This document shows positions 1 through 12,334 of a DNA stretch of 64,000 nt, piece after piece. The notes under the pieces are model-generated. The model had not been told where the DNA came from. It did not search any database and worked only from the letters and a program-made list of their open reading frames with translations. Origin of the DNA: Dicyema japonicum (Eukaryota; Animalia; Dicyemida). Each line of letters starts with the position of its first letter. The stretch's first letter is position 1. The position numbers and the translations under genes were made by a program. The stretch spans positions 339,000-402,999 of the forward strand of contig RDEW01000028.1 in the NCBI GenBank assembly GCA_011109175.1, in the 5' to 3' direction.

Positions 1-652
1 AAGAAACGATTGGATACCTTAAAACAATTAAAAATTATATTTGTCGATATTATTTTCTCTTTGGTGTCTCTGACAAATTTAGAGTTATTATGAACGTTCA
101 GAAATTATTAATCAAATTAGTTCCATCTAAGCTATTCCTCCTGCGTAACTTCCAATTAAAAATCTTTTAAAAAATAGAACTTTTTCATGTTAGTAATTTG
201 CTCAAATAACATGATCGACTAAAGGATCTTTGACAGTGTGACGGATAAATTTAATCCAAGATTCAGGTCAATGAAAATTTGATTCGCGGTCTTGTACTTT
301 GACGATGATGAACAAAGGCAGCTATTACATATACTGAGAAAGCAATGCTGTGAGAGAAGGGATCAGTTAGTGGTCAACTTGTCTAGGAGCAAAACGCGAT
401 TTCCTCGATTATGTACTAACCTAAGAACACAAATAAAGCTGATATAATGACCTAACGCTCACGAAAGTGGTGCCTCCAACTACCATTCAAGCTTTTCACC
501 GTTTTATGTATTCACAACGTTGTATTAATATTGGCGGAGATTTGAGTAACAGACTCTACGACTAATGAGTTTTTTGACTTCCACAGAGTAAAAATATAAA
601 AAATAACAAAAGATCCACATATGAAAGATTCAAAAATCCGAAAAAATGTAAA

Positions 653-1130
653 TTACTCAAGCCGGGCCTTCCTCCTCTTCTTCTCCTTCTGTCGCATTCG
701 AAGAGTCCCAAATTGCTTCTTCTTTTGATTTTTCTTTTTCTTCCTGTCTTTACAACCCATCCTCTTCTCTTTAGTTTTAAGTCCAAACTAAAATTAAATC
801 CTTCTAAAACTCTATTTAGACGGTGGATAGGTTCTATTTTTATGGCATCCTGAGGTTTATCATAAATTAAAGCAAATCCCGTAGTTTTCGTGTTACCGAA
901 CTGAGTCCTCAGCCCGTAGCAGATAACTCTCTCCTTGACTACTTTGTGCATTTTAGAGAGGTACTCGACGACCTGAAGTCGGGTTGGTGTACCAGTTGTT
1001 GGGTGACGGATAGTAAACATCATTTGCCTCCTATCCAAAAGAGGATTCTTCATTGATCTCTGGGTCGAGATGGTTACTGCTTTATCAGTCTAAATAATTT
1101 TACTACAAAAAGACCAACCAAGACTCCCAT
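653..1130 (-). CDS. RPS24: 40S ribosomal protein S24 (eS24), 3 exons
   Basis: Spliced product MGTDKAVTISTQRSMKNPLLDRRQMMFTIRHP...YGLRTQFGNTKTTGFALIYD...EPIHRLNRFGLKTKEKR...RKARLE* matches eS24. GT-AG introns at 1124-1090 (35 nt) and 810-788 (23 nt). Stop TAA at 655-653. Confidence 0.93.
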
Positions 1131-1239
1131 AAAACACGTTTTTATTTATTGAATTAAAAATAATTTTAACATTTTAATTTAACCAACCAGAAAATTAAAT
1201 ATTTAACGATTAGCAACTTTCATCACCTGCCTTTTCACC

Positions 1240-1860
1240 AGCCTCCACAAAACTCTATAAGTAGAACTGCAGCTTCCTATATACTTATAGCTTACATAGA
1301 TATACCTTTTAGTACTTTGCTGCAATTCCTTCCCACGTCATTACTATTGGAATAACGAGGACCTTGCAACCAAGCATCTGCTACGTCTCGTTTGCAAGTA
1401 AATCATACTTCATTTTTTCTCCACCTCCACAGTCTGCAAACAGACGTAATGCCAACTTATATGATAAGGACTTGGCCAGACTCTTTATCGTGTACTACAA
1501 TGTATGGTTTATTGTGCTTGATTAGCACCGAGGTACGGATAACACTGTCTACTTTGATTTGGACCTTGGTGTTTTCTGCTACAGATTGCACCTTATGAAT
1601 CCGCATTTTCTGGTGTGGCGAATAACATACTTATTGCATAGTGGGATATGAAGGCTCCTCATTACATCGTTATGCCTCCACACATAGTCGTGGCAGAGCA
1701 TGGATCCGTATCAAGTACATAAATGATCAACCGACATGTTCTTTGACTTACAATGAGTGTGAAAAGAAACTGAACGTACTAAAAGCTTATCGGGAATATG
1801 GAAGATCGGTACTCACCTGGTCATGATGAACGTGTACGGAAATTACATCAAGCCATGTTT
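1240..1860 (-). mobile_element. Decayed REL-endonuclease 3' part of an R2-group (Dong/R4-like) non-LTR retrotransposon
   Basis: Minus strand reads IKHNKPYIVVHDKESGQVLII*VGITS..LQTVEVEKK.KYDLLANE, a degenerate PD..E..K restriction-like endonuclease motif, with stops and frameshifts. Confidence 0.62.
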
Positions 1861-2169
1861 CTTCCATATCTTGGAAAAATATGAGGAAGATCGAGGAAAT
1901 ACAAAAGAGGGCTTTCAGAGTTAAGGAACGGTGGATTTGTGGATAACATCGAACAGGACCGATTTTTCTGGAGGCCCGACTGGAATCCAAAATGAAAGAA
2001 GGCGGCTCCGTAAATTAGTCAGCCGCCCAGTACAGTCATTCGCAGGCTCGAGGGAGCAATACCAGGCCAAGATGAGGTCTTTATTGAACGCATCGGGATC
2101 ACATGATAATTAGTTTAGTTTTACCGTGGTCCTGGGATCTTAAATAATTCAACTTGCTGCTCTCGTGAT

Positions 2170-2450
2170 TTAAAGCTCATTCCTACTAATTATGTGCAAG
2201 GAAATACGCTCAATGAGCCAGATCTTCTTTCTTATCCCTTTTCTTCCTTCCTATGGTTTACAATAAAATCAGGGAGCATGATCCGATCACCAACGATGTC
2301 TCGACCGCGAATGGTTTGAAAACGAAATATCCTCTGATGCTTTAATGCTTCTTTCTTTTATGGCTTTCGCCCTCTCTGAGGCTGATCCGGAGTGAATTGT
2401 CGTCAGCGCTAGGTTGGAGCGGGAGAAGCTTTCCACAAAGTAGTATCACA
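2170..2450 (-). mobile_element. CRE-like retrotransposon 3' fragment
   Basis: YFVFKPFAVETSLVIG...IGRKKRDKKE...ERISLHII, the C-terminus shared with the longer CRE-like copies at 35.3 and 51.4 kb. Confidence 0.6.
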
Positions 2451-2989
2451 AGGTTTTAATGTTTCGATAATATATACATAGTGTTCATCCTAGTCCCTGT
2501 CATTTATCAATTCGTCCAATGTTAATCTTGGAAGAAACTGTATTGTTTGCTTACATATTTTGTTAGTAATTCGTAATGCAAACCAAAACTTAAGCTTAAC
2601 ACTTGACCTAACCAAGTTAAGTTTTACAGGCACATCTATTTTCTACAAAAAGAGTATTAAAACGCTAATGCTAAAAACTACCGAAGAGAATGTCGATACT
2701 TTGGATGTAAAATTAAGAAATGTAATATTAAATTACTTTGATGGGAAGGAGATTTCTTTCTCGACATAAAAAATAATGAATGGTCACCAATATCGTTTGC
2801 TTCGTGAAAAAAGATATTTGGAAAGTAATCTAAGACTAATGATTTTTACTGTCTTGAAAAGACAATCAATTTTATAAAAATTGTAGTGATCGAAGTATCA
2901 AAAATTATTTAAAAAATAGATAGAGAGAATTTTTTCAAACTATAATCTTAAATGGACATAAACGCTCCAAATATAATAATGGACAATTA

Positions 2990-3200
2990 CTTTAAATGAG
3001 AATAAACCATCATTCAGGAAGACCCAGAGTCACTCTACCCGTGACTCTGAACAAAATCTTAATGGAATTGGAAGAAAACTTAAATCTGCAGAAGACCTAG
3101 AAGATCTAAGGACAGATGCGCAAAGCAGAGAACGATGGAGACGCCTAGTGAAGCAGATGTTGAAACGTATGGCACAAACGGGACCTTAGTTAATATAACG
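2990..3200 (+). mobile_element. RTE-clade LINE 3' fragment
   Basis: GRPRVTLPVTLNK...LKSAEDLEDLRTDAQSRERWRRLV, an RTE-type C-terminus similar to the 12.6-12.9 kb fragment. Confidence 0.55.
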
Positions 3201-3359
3201 TTCTTTGGTTATGTAAAAGTGCTATTTAATAATAATCCTAAAATTGGGAAACTTTTCTCGAAAATTGCCAACAGGGCGCTGGTTACGCATGGCCAGTGGT
3301 TACAACTTTACTTTGATTTTTTTACTTTATTGATAAAACAAAATAAAATAAACAAAAAG

Positions 3360-3700
3360 GTCATACTGGGGCCGCCCTGACTGCGTGGCTATTCTATCTC
3401 AGTTTAGGCAACGAGATTCGCTCAAATAACCAGCAGCGCTCACGTGGATCTCCTATTCTTGCAGAAATCGATTCCTCAGTCGACTTAAGAATTTCAGCGT
3501 CGAAGGCGCAAGGGAACCAGACGTTTAAACCGTGAGCGGAACAAACAAAAAATCATCAGGACTACGTACTTATTTTTTTATGGTGGCAACCCTAAATTTC
3601 TATGATTTCCAGCGTGCTACATACATTATTAGAAAAGTCTGTGAGGTTAGTAAATTTTCGTCTGTGAGGTTAGTCTCGGACCCAGGTCATGATTCTAAGC
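3360..3700 (-). mobile_element. CRE-like retrotransposon 3' fragment
   Basis: FLFVPLTV*TSGSLAPSTLKFL...IGDPRERCWLFERISL...NSHAVR; about 65 nt are near-identical to 9165-9240. Confidence 0.65.
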
Positions 3701-3809
3701 AACCCGAGGATTAGAAGAGAAGAAAGTTCAGAAGCATTTCGGAGGATCACTTGTTTGTCCCATTTGCTGTTGAGACGTATAAATCCTTGGTCAGTAATAA
3801 AAGTGAAAA

Positions 3810-4030
3810 TAATAATATTCGCACTTTCTGAGCAGCCACATCAGTTATCGCTCCCCTCATGCAGAACACACACTTTATTTTAAGCAAAGAACAGTTGTAA
3901 TAGCTAATCTAGGTAGGATCAAGGAATGATATTCACTTCTTTGTTTTCTTTTTCTTGGGTGCATGTCCTTTATAGACGATCCGGTTTCGCAGTGAAGTTT
4001 ACTAATGACGGCGTCACACGTCAAGCCATT
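3810..4030 (-). mobile_element. SINE family A, 5'-truncated copy
   Basis: Colinear with 7630-7850 (TGACGCCG...CACTGCG.AAC.GGAT.GTCTA.AAAGGAC...AACTGTTCTTT.CTTAAA.TAAAGTGTG) and ends in TATTATTAT. Confidence 0.7.
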
Positions 4031-4128
4031 TTCAGTTTCAGTAATAAAACTGAAAATAATTATCTCTTTATAAAACATATATTAATATTTTAAAAGTATT
4101 TAAATAAAAATAGATAAAATTAATTAAA

Positions 4129-5279
4129 ATGATTAGCTCAATTTTTGTTGTTATCCTTTTACTTTTTAATTACTTATTTCATCTAAAATTCACTTCAAAT
4201 ACGAATCAATCAATTATTCATCCAAAAACGATGAGTATTATGGAATCGAATGGAAAAATTTTATAGAAAAATACAGTTAAATTAATTTTTATTTTTTTAA
4301 AATAAATCATGTTCTGGTTTAGAACTCGAAGTTAGAGAAGCTATTTTTACTGAAAACTTAAGATTTATTGAAAACCACAATTTACAAGCAAGGAAAATTT
4401 TTGTACGAATTGGGAATTAATCAGTTTGCAGACATGGTTAATTTATAAAATATTTTGTAGACAAAATTCGAAATTAGCAAACCAACCAAATTCGACATAC
4501 ATGATAATTTTAATTATTATGATACACTCGAAGAAGAATTATTTGAAGATTTTACAGTCGGAGCAAATGAAAAAAAACTTCCTACATCTTTTAATTTTGT
4601 AAACCGAAATTGTGTAATTGGCATAAAAAACAGGGTTCTTGTGGTTCATGCTATGTATTTTCAGCAGTTAACGAATGTTTAATGCATTTAGTTAGCTACA
4701 TTGGAGTCACATTTGGCAATCAAACGCAATATACTTATATCTATGAGCACACAAGAAATAATTGATTGTTCAAACAATCATGGGTGCTCTGGAGGTTCTG
4801 TCCAAAGAGTGTTTGAGTATATATACAAAAACCGAGGAATTAATTCTGACAAACGATATCCATTTAAGGGATAGGTAATTTTATGAATTATATATAGGAG
4901 AGTATATGCAAATATAAGGGTCAATCAGATATTTAATTTAATTTGACTGGATAGATTTGTTGAAAATAGTAATGAAAAAAAACTTTTGCAAGTTTTTGTG
5001 AATCATGGTCCTGTTACTATTATGTCTACTAAGAGCTATAGAAGTTATCGAGGAGGTAAATGAAACGTTTTAGGAATATTCAGTTACAAAGATTGTTCAG
5101 ATTATCAAGATTACCATGGAATTTCAGTTATAGGTTATGGGGTTTCAAAAGGAAAAAAGTATTGGCTCATAAAAAATTCACGGGGAAAATCATGGGGAAT
5201 ATCTGGCTACATGAAATTGGAACGCGGAATGAATAACTGCGGATTTCCTCGCTATGCCAATTACCCAATAATCGAATAA
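4129..5279 (+). pseudogene. Cathepsin L-like papain-family cysteine protease, probable unprocessed pseudogene
   Basis: Signal peptide, prodomain (AIFTENL..IENHN, LGINQFADM), QGSCGSCYVF, DCSNNHGCSGG, YHGISVIGYG, YWLIKNSRG, CGF..YANYPII*. It has several frameshifts, in-frame TAG/TAA, a lost acceptor AG and W>R in NSWG. Confidence 0.8.
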
Positions 5280-6959
5280 TTTGATCGTCTAATTAAATAG
5301 TTTTGGTTTTAAAGGAAAAAAAATGTTTTGAGTAATTTATTAGTTTTTCATAGTTTCATCTATAATTTTTCTTACTGTGACCCTCGACAACTGTATTATT
5401 AACCACGGATTCTTGAAAAGTAGTTAACGATAACAATTGTTGTATAGCATGAGAACCCATATGGAGTCAAAAAACATTTGGTGTATCTGGCTTTGGATGA
5501 CTCGAAGAAACAGGCAATCACTAAATAATCGTCCCGGATGATGACTATGTAAGTGGCTTCCTAAATTGTGGTCACCTTGCATACGTATGAATTGGAAGTG
5601 ACCATTGACCACGATGCAATTGTATAGGCTAATATTGGATTAAGAAATTGGTGGTATATGGTAATGAAGCATCTAGTATTGCCCCCAAGGTGTAAGATCT
5701 TCGTCGATTCCTTCTCTGCTTCGCGTATTGAATCATCTCCTCGTTCTGATTCCCCAAATGCTGACTCTGAAGAGTGAAGGAAAGTGAAGAAATATTCTGT
5801 CCTTAGAGATAGTTTCCGACTCATCTCAATCGCTTTCGAAACCTCTAGATCGGTTATCATAATCGGTAAAGGAATAATTAAAAAAAATTGAAATGTGATT
5901 ACTGAACGACTTAGAGACCTCGTGAAGGCCTATTGTTTACTAAGCGTTTGTACACTGCCCTTGATTTGCTATAATTGTCTTTGATTCTGTTTTCGAATAA
6001 ATAAATTTATCAGAATTTTTTGCAAAATCAATAAAAGTTAGACAATGTCTCCATTATGGCATGCAGGCAATTTTCAATTGTTTAACTTTTGTACTTTCAT
6101 TTATTTTGCGGTTAGATGAAATATTTTGAGATTTAAAATGAAATTATTGGAATAATTTATGACCACAAAAATCCGGCTATTTACTATTGAATAAAAATTT
6201 GTTGAGGTAATGAGTTTAACCTATCATTTTTGGCAGAAGTTCTCTGGTTGAGATCGGCTTTCCTTTAATTCCCTAATTCAACGATCCTCTTTTAGGCCTT
6301 CCTTTTTTATTATCAATAAATCGACTACGTGTAAGAAGGTTAGAGAGTTGGATCCGAAAATCCCGGAGGTTTTGGCTGCGACTATTTTGAAGATAAGGGA
6401 TTTTATTTCCTTTTTTTAAGAGTTTTTGCTTTCATGGATGAACAGCGGTCAGTGCATGGTTGCTAAGAGATTCCTGTTGCACAGATATCCAGTAGTTTAG
6501 TTCTCCCGAGATAGATTCGTTTATTCCTTTGTACCTCACGCTCTTTCTATCCCACCGTCGGTAGAAATTGGCTTAAAGTCTTTTTACGTAATCGCCCTCC
6601 ATCATCTATAACGCTGTCTCAGGCAAACAATGGACCTAGATGGATGCAAGCTCTCATTCGTATTGAGTCATTGTCTAGAAATGTGCCTAGTGATGTGTAT
6701 GAAGAATCCTGAGCCACGAATCTGTCTCATTTATTAATGCAAAAGAGAATGCATGGATATCGATTAATTTATGTTTGATAACTTTTCTCAGTCGTGTTGT
6801 TGTTACTCTGGGTTTTTTGAGGTTCCAAGATCTGGTCGCTATCGAAGGATCTTGAACCAGCTTTGTTAGCGGTTCAACCTTCGATGATGGTAGGTGGAGT
6901 ATGATCTGACGAGCAAAATCGGTAGCATCGTTGACTGAAGATAAGAATGCTGGTAAGAC

Positions 6960-7400
6960 TAGTTATTATTATTACCCCAGGATCACTGGGTCAAAAAAAA
7001 AAATAAAAGTTCTCAATTAAGTGATCCCAAACCGACAAGGGAGAGGACTAGTCTGGTAGGGTCGAGAATCCTGTACAGCTATTTTTATTTGACATGGCAT
7101 CGGTTCAAACTTTTTATATGTTTGTAGATATTTCGATAGTATATGAAACAGGGACAGATCGGTAGAGTGGCCGCCTTTAAGAATTTTCGTTGTAATTCAA
7201 TTAGAAGATTTTCAACAGGCTGGATCTTGTGTCCTGGTCCAATCAGCTTTATTGGAGTCTCCTGGATTGCGAATAGTTTCAACGACGAGGAGCGTATGCA
7301 TGAGCCACAAAGTACTCGCAAACGTCCTCGTGAGTCGGATAAATTGCCTATAAATTGTGACAAGGCTCCCAGTTTGTCTTTAAGTGTATTTGAAAGCATT
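6960..7400 (-). mobile_element. 3' end of unclassified LINE family X
   Basis: Ends GGATCACTTAATT...CCCAGTGATCCTGGGGTAATAATAAT, a variant of the tail at 46815-46888. The upstream ORF is weakly similar to the 46506-46826 ORF. Confidence 0.5.
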
Positions 7401-7629
7401 TTTAAATTCTCATTTTTTTCGGAGCAGAAGTTGCTTTGTTCTCAACAAGGATAAAAGGCTGGTTAGTTCTTCGTTATTATTTTATTACAATTAACAGTCA
7501 TTCCGCCTCAGATTATTAATTTTTCATTACTTAAACCTCGTCCTAGACAGGACACACATTTTATTTTAGAAAGAAAATAACAGTATGCTAATTATCGAGG
7601 ATTGAGTCCCAAACATCGGACTTGTTCGA

Positions 7630-7933
7630 TAATAATAATAACAGCCTTTTTTACGGAGCCGTGGTATTAGCTCCGCATAGGCAGGACACACACTTTATTT
7701 AAGTAAAGAACAGTTAATTTTAACTAATCGTAGAACCAACTTCACTTCTATTTTCTGTGGGTCCTTTCTAGACAATCCAGTTCCGCAGTGAGAGTCCACT
7801 GATGCCGGCGTCACTCGTCAAGCCTTTTTAGCATCGTAGATGCGTAGAACCTTCCACCAGGTGAACAGCAGCGAGAATTGAACCCGTAACCAAAGTCACT
7901 TTAGCCGGCACCTAACCACTATGCCACCGGCTC
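7630..7933 (-). mobile_element. SINE family A, full-length copy with tRNA-derived head
   Basis: Head has A-box TGGCATAGTGG and B-box GGTTCAATTC. The body is repeated at 3.8-4.0 kb, 7.55 kb and 25.1 kb. Tail is AAAAGGCTG(TTA)n. Confidence 0.75.
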
Positions 7934-8056
7934 GTTTAAGCCCGGTTCGGACTAGTTAAATTAGAATAATATTTCACCATATAAAGTAAAGCGAACATTA
8001 ATTTATTAAAAATATACTTTATGGATTGAATATAAATAATTTAAGAAATTTAAATA

Positions 8057-8578
8057 ATGATGATTATTGTGGGCAATGTGAGGCTAACTCTGCCTTACAT
8101 GACATTTGCTTATCGCAGCTTACAGACTACGGGTGTTTTGCTAAAAAATAGACGCTGTGGAGTCCCTAAAGTCTCTGAATTTAAGAATAAATTTTATTCT
8201 ACGAGGAAATGATGGCCCCTGAGTTTATCGGAGTTAAAAAGTCGTGGAATTCAATCAATACAGGTGATCTCTGGATAAATTTCATTAGGGATGCTTCATG
8301 ACCAACATAGAGGCTCTGAGATAATGTTTGAGGACGCGCTGATAAGGAAATTCATCAAGGGAGTCTTCGAAATGGACCTCATTTCGGAAGTGATCATAAA
8401 AAGACGTCCTTCTGCCCCAGTAGTCGTTACTGGCTTTTTGAAATACTCAATTTTTACCACCTCATATTTTTTCAAAATTGGCTTTCTTGAAGAACTCCTC
8501 TCAACAATTCTAAAACTGCCTGTTAGATTGGAGTTCCGCGTTTCCTGGAATGATAGGCTTAAATATGGGAAAATTTGA
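8057..8578 (+). CDS. MRPS24: Mitochondrial ribosomal protein S24 (uS3m)
   Basis: Presequence then SLQTTGVLLKNRR..., MMAPEFIGVKKSWNSINTG|MLHDQH...FEDALIRKFIKGVF...IIKRR...FKIGFLEELLS..LKLPVRLE. One 25-nt intron is clear; a 35-nt first intron ending GAG is inferred. Confidence 0.85.
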
Positions 8579-9159
8579 CATTTAATTTATCCTTTAAATT
8601 ATTTTTATTTTTCTTCCTGTCACTCATTGTCCTCCACTGAGCTTCCTACTTTAGGGTTTAAGGCTAAATCTTTCATACTAGTAAAATATTTGAGGATGAG
8701 TTATGCTAGTAACCAGAGTCATGTAACCAGATCGGTCAAATCCATTGGCACTCTTTTCCCTAGTGTTCAAGGTTTTAGGAGATCCACGTGTTAGAGGATC
8801 TGAGGGCGAGTACTCATAATAAACTACAAAGACATTTGCAAAGTGCTACCGTATGACCGAATGCATCAGCACTATAAGGAGCAAAATGAGTTCCTAAGCT
8901 TAAATAGTCCAATTTGTCGGTTTGATTAGCGTTTATCTCGAATTTGTTTATCGTCACTCCAAAATTGACGAAAACAGGTTTTTGGTTACTTTATTCATTT
9001 AAAAGTGTACCACAGCAAAACATAAATTAACAAAAATCGGTTTATATTATTGAATTTGCCAACTAACCTAAATTTTGGTATTTATAATTTTATAAATTTT
9101 GTTGCGTTCATATTATATATTTTTAAAATTAAAGAAAAAAGAGTAAACGGTTATATAGC

Positions 9160-9240
9160 GACTGTCCTGACTGCGTGGCTATTCCCTATCAGGATAACGA
9201 GCGAGATTCGCTCAAATAACCAGCAGCACTCACGAGGGTG
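9160..9240 (-). mobile_element. CRE-like retrotransposon extreme 3' fragment
   Basis: Near-identical to 3378-3445; encodes RECCWLFERISLVILIGNSHAVR. Confidence 0.6.
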
Positions 9241-9411
9241 CGTTCATATTATAATATTTTATTATAATTATAAGAAAATGATTATTAATCGTTTGAATAA
9301 TTAATTTGGCGTAACCTTTAATAAGCAATTATTTGGATGATTTAACGCATTACTTCGCTGAGAATAAAATATAACACTATTTTCACGTTTTTATCGATTA
9401 AAGTGGACAAG

Positions 9412-11598
9412 ATGCACTTTAACACAAATGAAAGCGATAACAGTGTTTATTCTACTAATACTGTGAATACAAACAGTAAGAAAAAGAACTTGTACAAGTA
9501 CATACACAAGTTTGGAATTTTTTTGAGATTTAGAATGGGGAGGAAATTTACCATCAGCTCGAAACTTTGGTGGGAAATTGACGTCGGCGATATTTCCTCT
9601 TGTCAGCCGAATATGACTAAATTTCCTAAACTTTCTTCCATGAGGGTAAAATGCAATAAATAAAAGTCAGAGATCTGTGAGAAGGTTTAGCTTGAACAAA
9701 AAGGGTGGAAAAAATAAGATTCTTTACCGTGTATTTAACTAAAGCTATCATTTGGTAGGGAATACCTGCGTACATCACAAAATGTGAGATCAACAAATCT
9801 GAGAAGAGACTGATCATCAAGGACATTGAGGATGTAATAAATTTATTAAGATTAGATGAGGTTTGTCTTTCACGATAATCTCGCAAAATTCATCGGGGCC
9901 TCATTTTCAAACAACGAGGCACTGATGCTTTTCGAGCACACGTCGAAAGGCACTTTGCAGGACATGATCCTCGACGAAGACTTCCAAATGGACTGGACTT
10001 TTAAACTCGCATTCATCAAAGATATCTTACACGTTGGCGAGATATTATAGTTTATAGGGTCTACAATATTTGCATAATAGTAAACTAAGATATCATGGGT
10101 CACTTCAGAGTCGTAATTGCATCGTCGACTCGAGGTACGCTGTTAAATTGATGAATTTCTCCCCCAAAAGCATATTCAAGTCAAACTTGGACGAAAAGAT
10201 TGTAACTGTCCTAAATAAGTCAATTAATAGCATTGAACTGTTTAATTTATCCATTGGTTCTGTTCTCGCTCATTTTAGACCTCTTATGGGCTCCCCCGGA
10301 ACTCTTTATCCGTAAAAAGTCGTCAAACACAGAAACATGGAATGTGGAGAATTGGACCAAAGATATTTACAGCCTTGGAATTATTATGCAAGAAATTATA
10401 ACGCGTGAACATCCGTTTATTTATTCTAAAAGAGAAAGGGATCCCATCGGTTTGGGGGTTCAAATAAGGCCTAGAGTTGATCAAATACATTTATATGAAC
10501 GGTATCCCTGAGAAATTTGATTTACACGAATATTGGGACGACGACTGTCCAAAAGCTGTGGCCGATATAATTACTGGATGTATTTACGAACCACCAGGTC
10601 TCAGACCTTGCACGGGCGACATTCTTGAGAGTATAAAGTGACTCTTTTGCTTTGAGACAGAAAAACTTGTGATAAGACTGAAACTACTTGTGTTGTCGAT
10701 CAGTTGATGCTGAGATTAAGCTTATATGCTGACAATTTGGAAGAAATGGTTGAAAAAAGGACAAAACAGTTGGAGGAAGAAAAGGCGAGGTCCGAGGAGC
10801 TACTCAATCGTTCTGAAGAACTACTTTACCAAATGTTGCCACGGTTTTGACTATTTTTTGACTATTTTAAGGTCAGTAGCTGAAGATTTAAGGCATGGGA
10901 GAACTGTTCAAGCTCAGCTTTTTGATTGTGTGACAATTTACTTCAGTGATGTTGTTGGGTTTACGAAAATGAGTTCGGAGATGGATCCTATGGGAGTTGT
11001 TAATCTTTTAAACTACCTCTACTCCATCCTGGACACTGTTATCCTCGACTTTGACGTTTATAAAGTATAGTTGGCTGAAATATTAAAGATTGAGACAATC
11101 GGTGATGCCTATATGGTCGCTTCTGGAATTCCCAATGTCATCCCCAACCATGCTACTGAAATCGGTGCGATGGCTCTTCACATTTTGAATGCTGTCGAAC
11201 AAATTAGAATTCCCATTGAAAAAGGTCATAAAAAGCTTCAAATTAGGATCGGAATTCATTCTGGTTTAATTTTTTTTATTTGAAAGGTCCCGTCTGTGCT
11301 GGAGTCGTGGGAATCAAAATGCCACGTTACTGCTTATTCGGTGATACAGTCAACACAGCCTCCAGAATGGAGTCTACGGGAGAAGGTTGGGTCTTTGATT
11401 ATGAGTTTAGCCATGAAAATTCAAATTAGTCAATCTTGCAAGAAGTTATTGGAGGATGACAAACGCTTTAAAACGACTGAAAGGGGAACTATGGAAATAA
11501 AGGTGAAGTTGTATCATAAATGGCAGGGAAAGGGGAAGATGATCACTTATTGGTGTGAAACGGCTGACGATGATAATATAAAAGAATTATGGATTTAA
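9412..11598 (+). CDS. Receptor-type guanylate cyclase (kinase-homology domain, signalling helix, cyclase), no visible ectodomain or transmembrane helix
   Basis: KLWWEID; [11 protein letters not shown]...SKGTLQDMI...[13 protein letters not shown]; [19 protein letters not shown]; LLWAPPEL; [18 protein letters not shown]; [12 protein letters not shown]; [15 protein letters not shown]; [36 protein letters not shown] (E and C specificity residues indicate GTP). Many short introns; the start and 5' exons are uncertain. Confidence 0.88.
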
Positions 11599-12334
11599 TA
11601 TTTTATACGAATTATTGACATATTTTTGTTCGAAATTATCTTATTTTTGTATAATTGTTAGTATGACTTATTATTAAAGACTTCTTTTCACTCGTCTTTG
11701 CCTCTTCCCCCAAGCGAAGATTTTGGCCAATCGCTTAATATTAGTTTCTTGCCCAGTATGTCGCACAGAGGAGTCATCTAGTGTGCTTCAAGGGGAACGG
11801 TTTTGAGAGTTCTTTAGAGCACAATTGCTTGGATGTAAACGTGGATATTTCTATTCACTTTCAACTCTCTCATGTACCCTGTGGAACTTAGTAAAGATGC
11901 CCATGTCAAGGAATAATGTGGACTTATGAGCACTAAATTTCAATATCGAATCAATAATTTGACAGTAAAATAAGAATAACTGAATTGATCTAATTATATA
12001 ATTTGACCAATTTTATAGGTCACTGAAGAAGATGAAACTTTACTCAATTACTAAAATTCCTATCCCTTAGTTATCCGGAAGGCTGAGCTGGTGATGACTT
12101 GATTGAAATAAATGACTCATAGCGAGAATAAACCCCCGTCTTCTAAATATAACGAATAACTTGAAAATTTATTATTTAATGCTTGTCACTTGATGATATT
12201 AGATTTCAGACTGAACGTCTCCAAGAAATTACGGGGAAAATTTAATATTGGGAGGAAAATTAGGGATTACTTTGTTAATTAATAAATAAAATGGATTTTT
12301 TATTTTTAACATGCTATTTAATTTAAAAAAAATT

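Noticed and set aside
562-787. Extended C-terminus of the 163-aa ORF
   Set aside because: This is a read-through artefact of the unspliced 23-nt intron. The spliced RPS24 ends at 653.
4860-4960. Stop-codon reassignment (in-frame TAG/TAA in cathepsin)
   Set aside because: All intact genes end in TAA or TGA with no internal stops once mini-introns are removed. The cathepsin has other lesions, so it is a pseudogene.
5424-5860. Minus-strand ORFs (99 and 62 aa)
   Set aside because: I recognise no motif and could not build a consistent spliced model. It may be a gene or a TE remnant, so it is left uncalled.
7860-7933. tRNA gene
   Set aside because: A and B boxes are present, but there is no proper acceptor or anticodon stem, and it continues into a repeated SINE body and tail. 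The same applies to 25370-25435.
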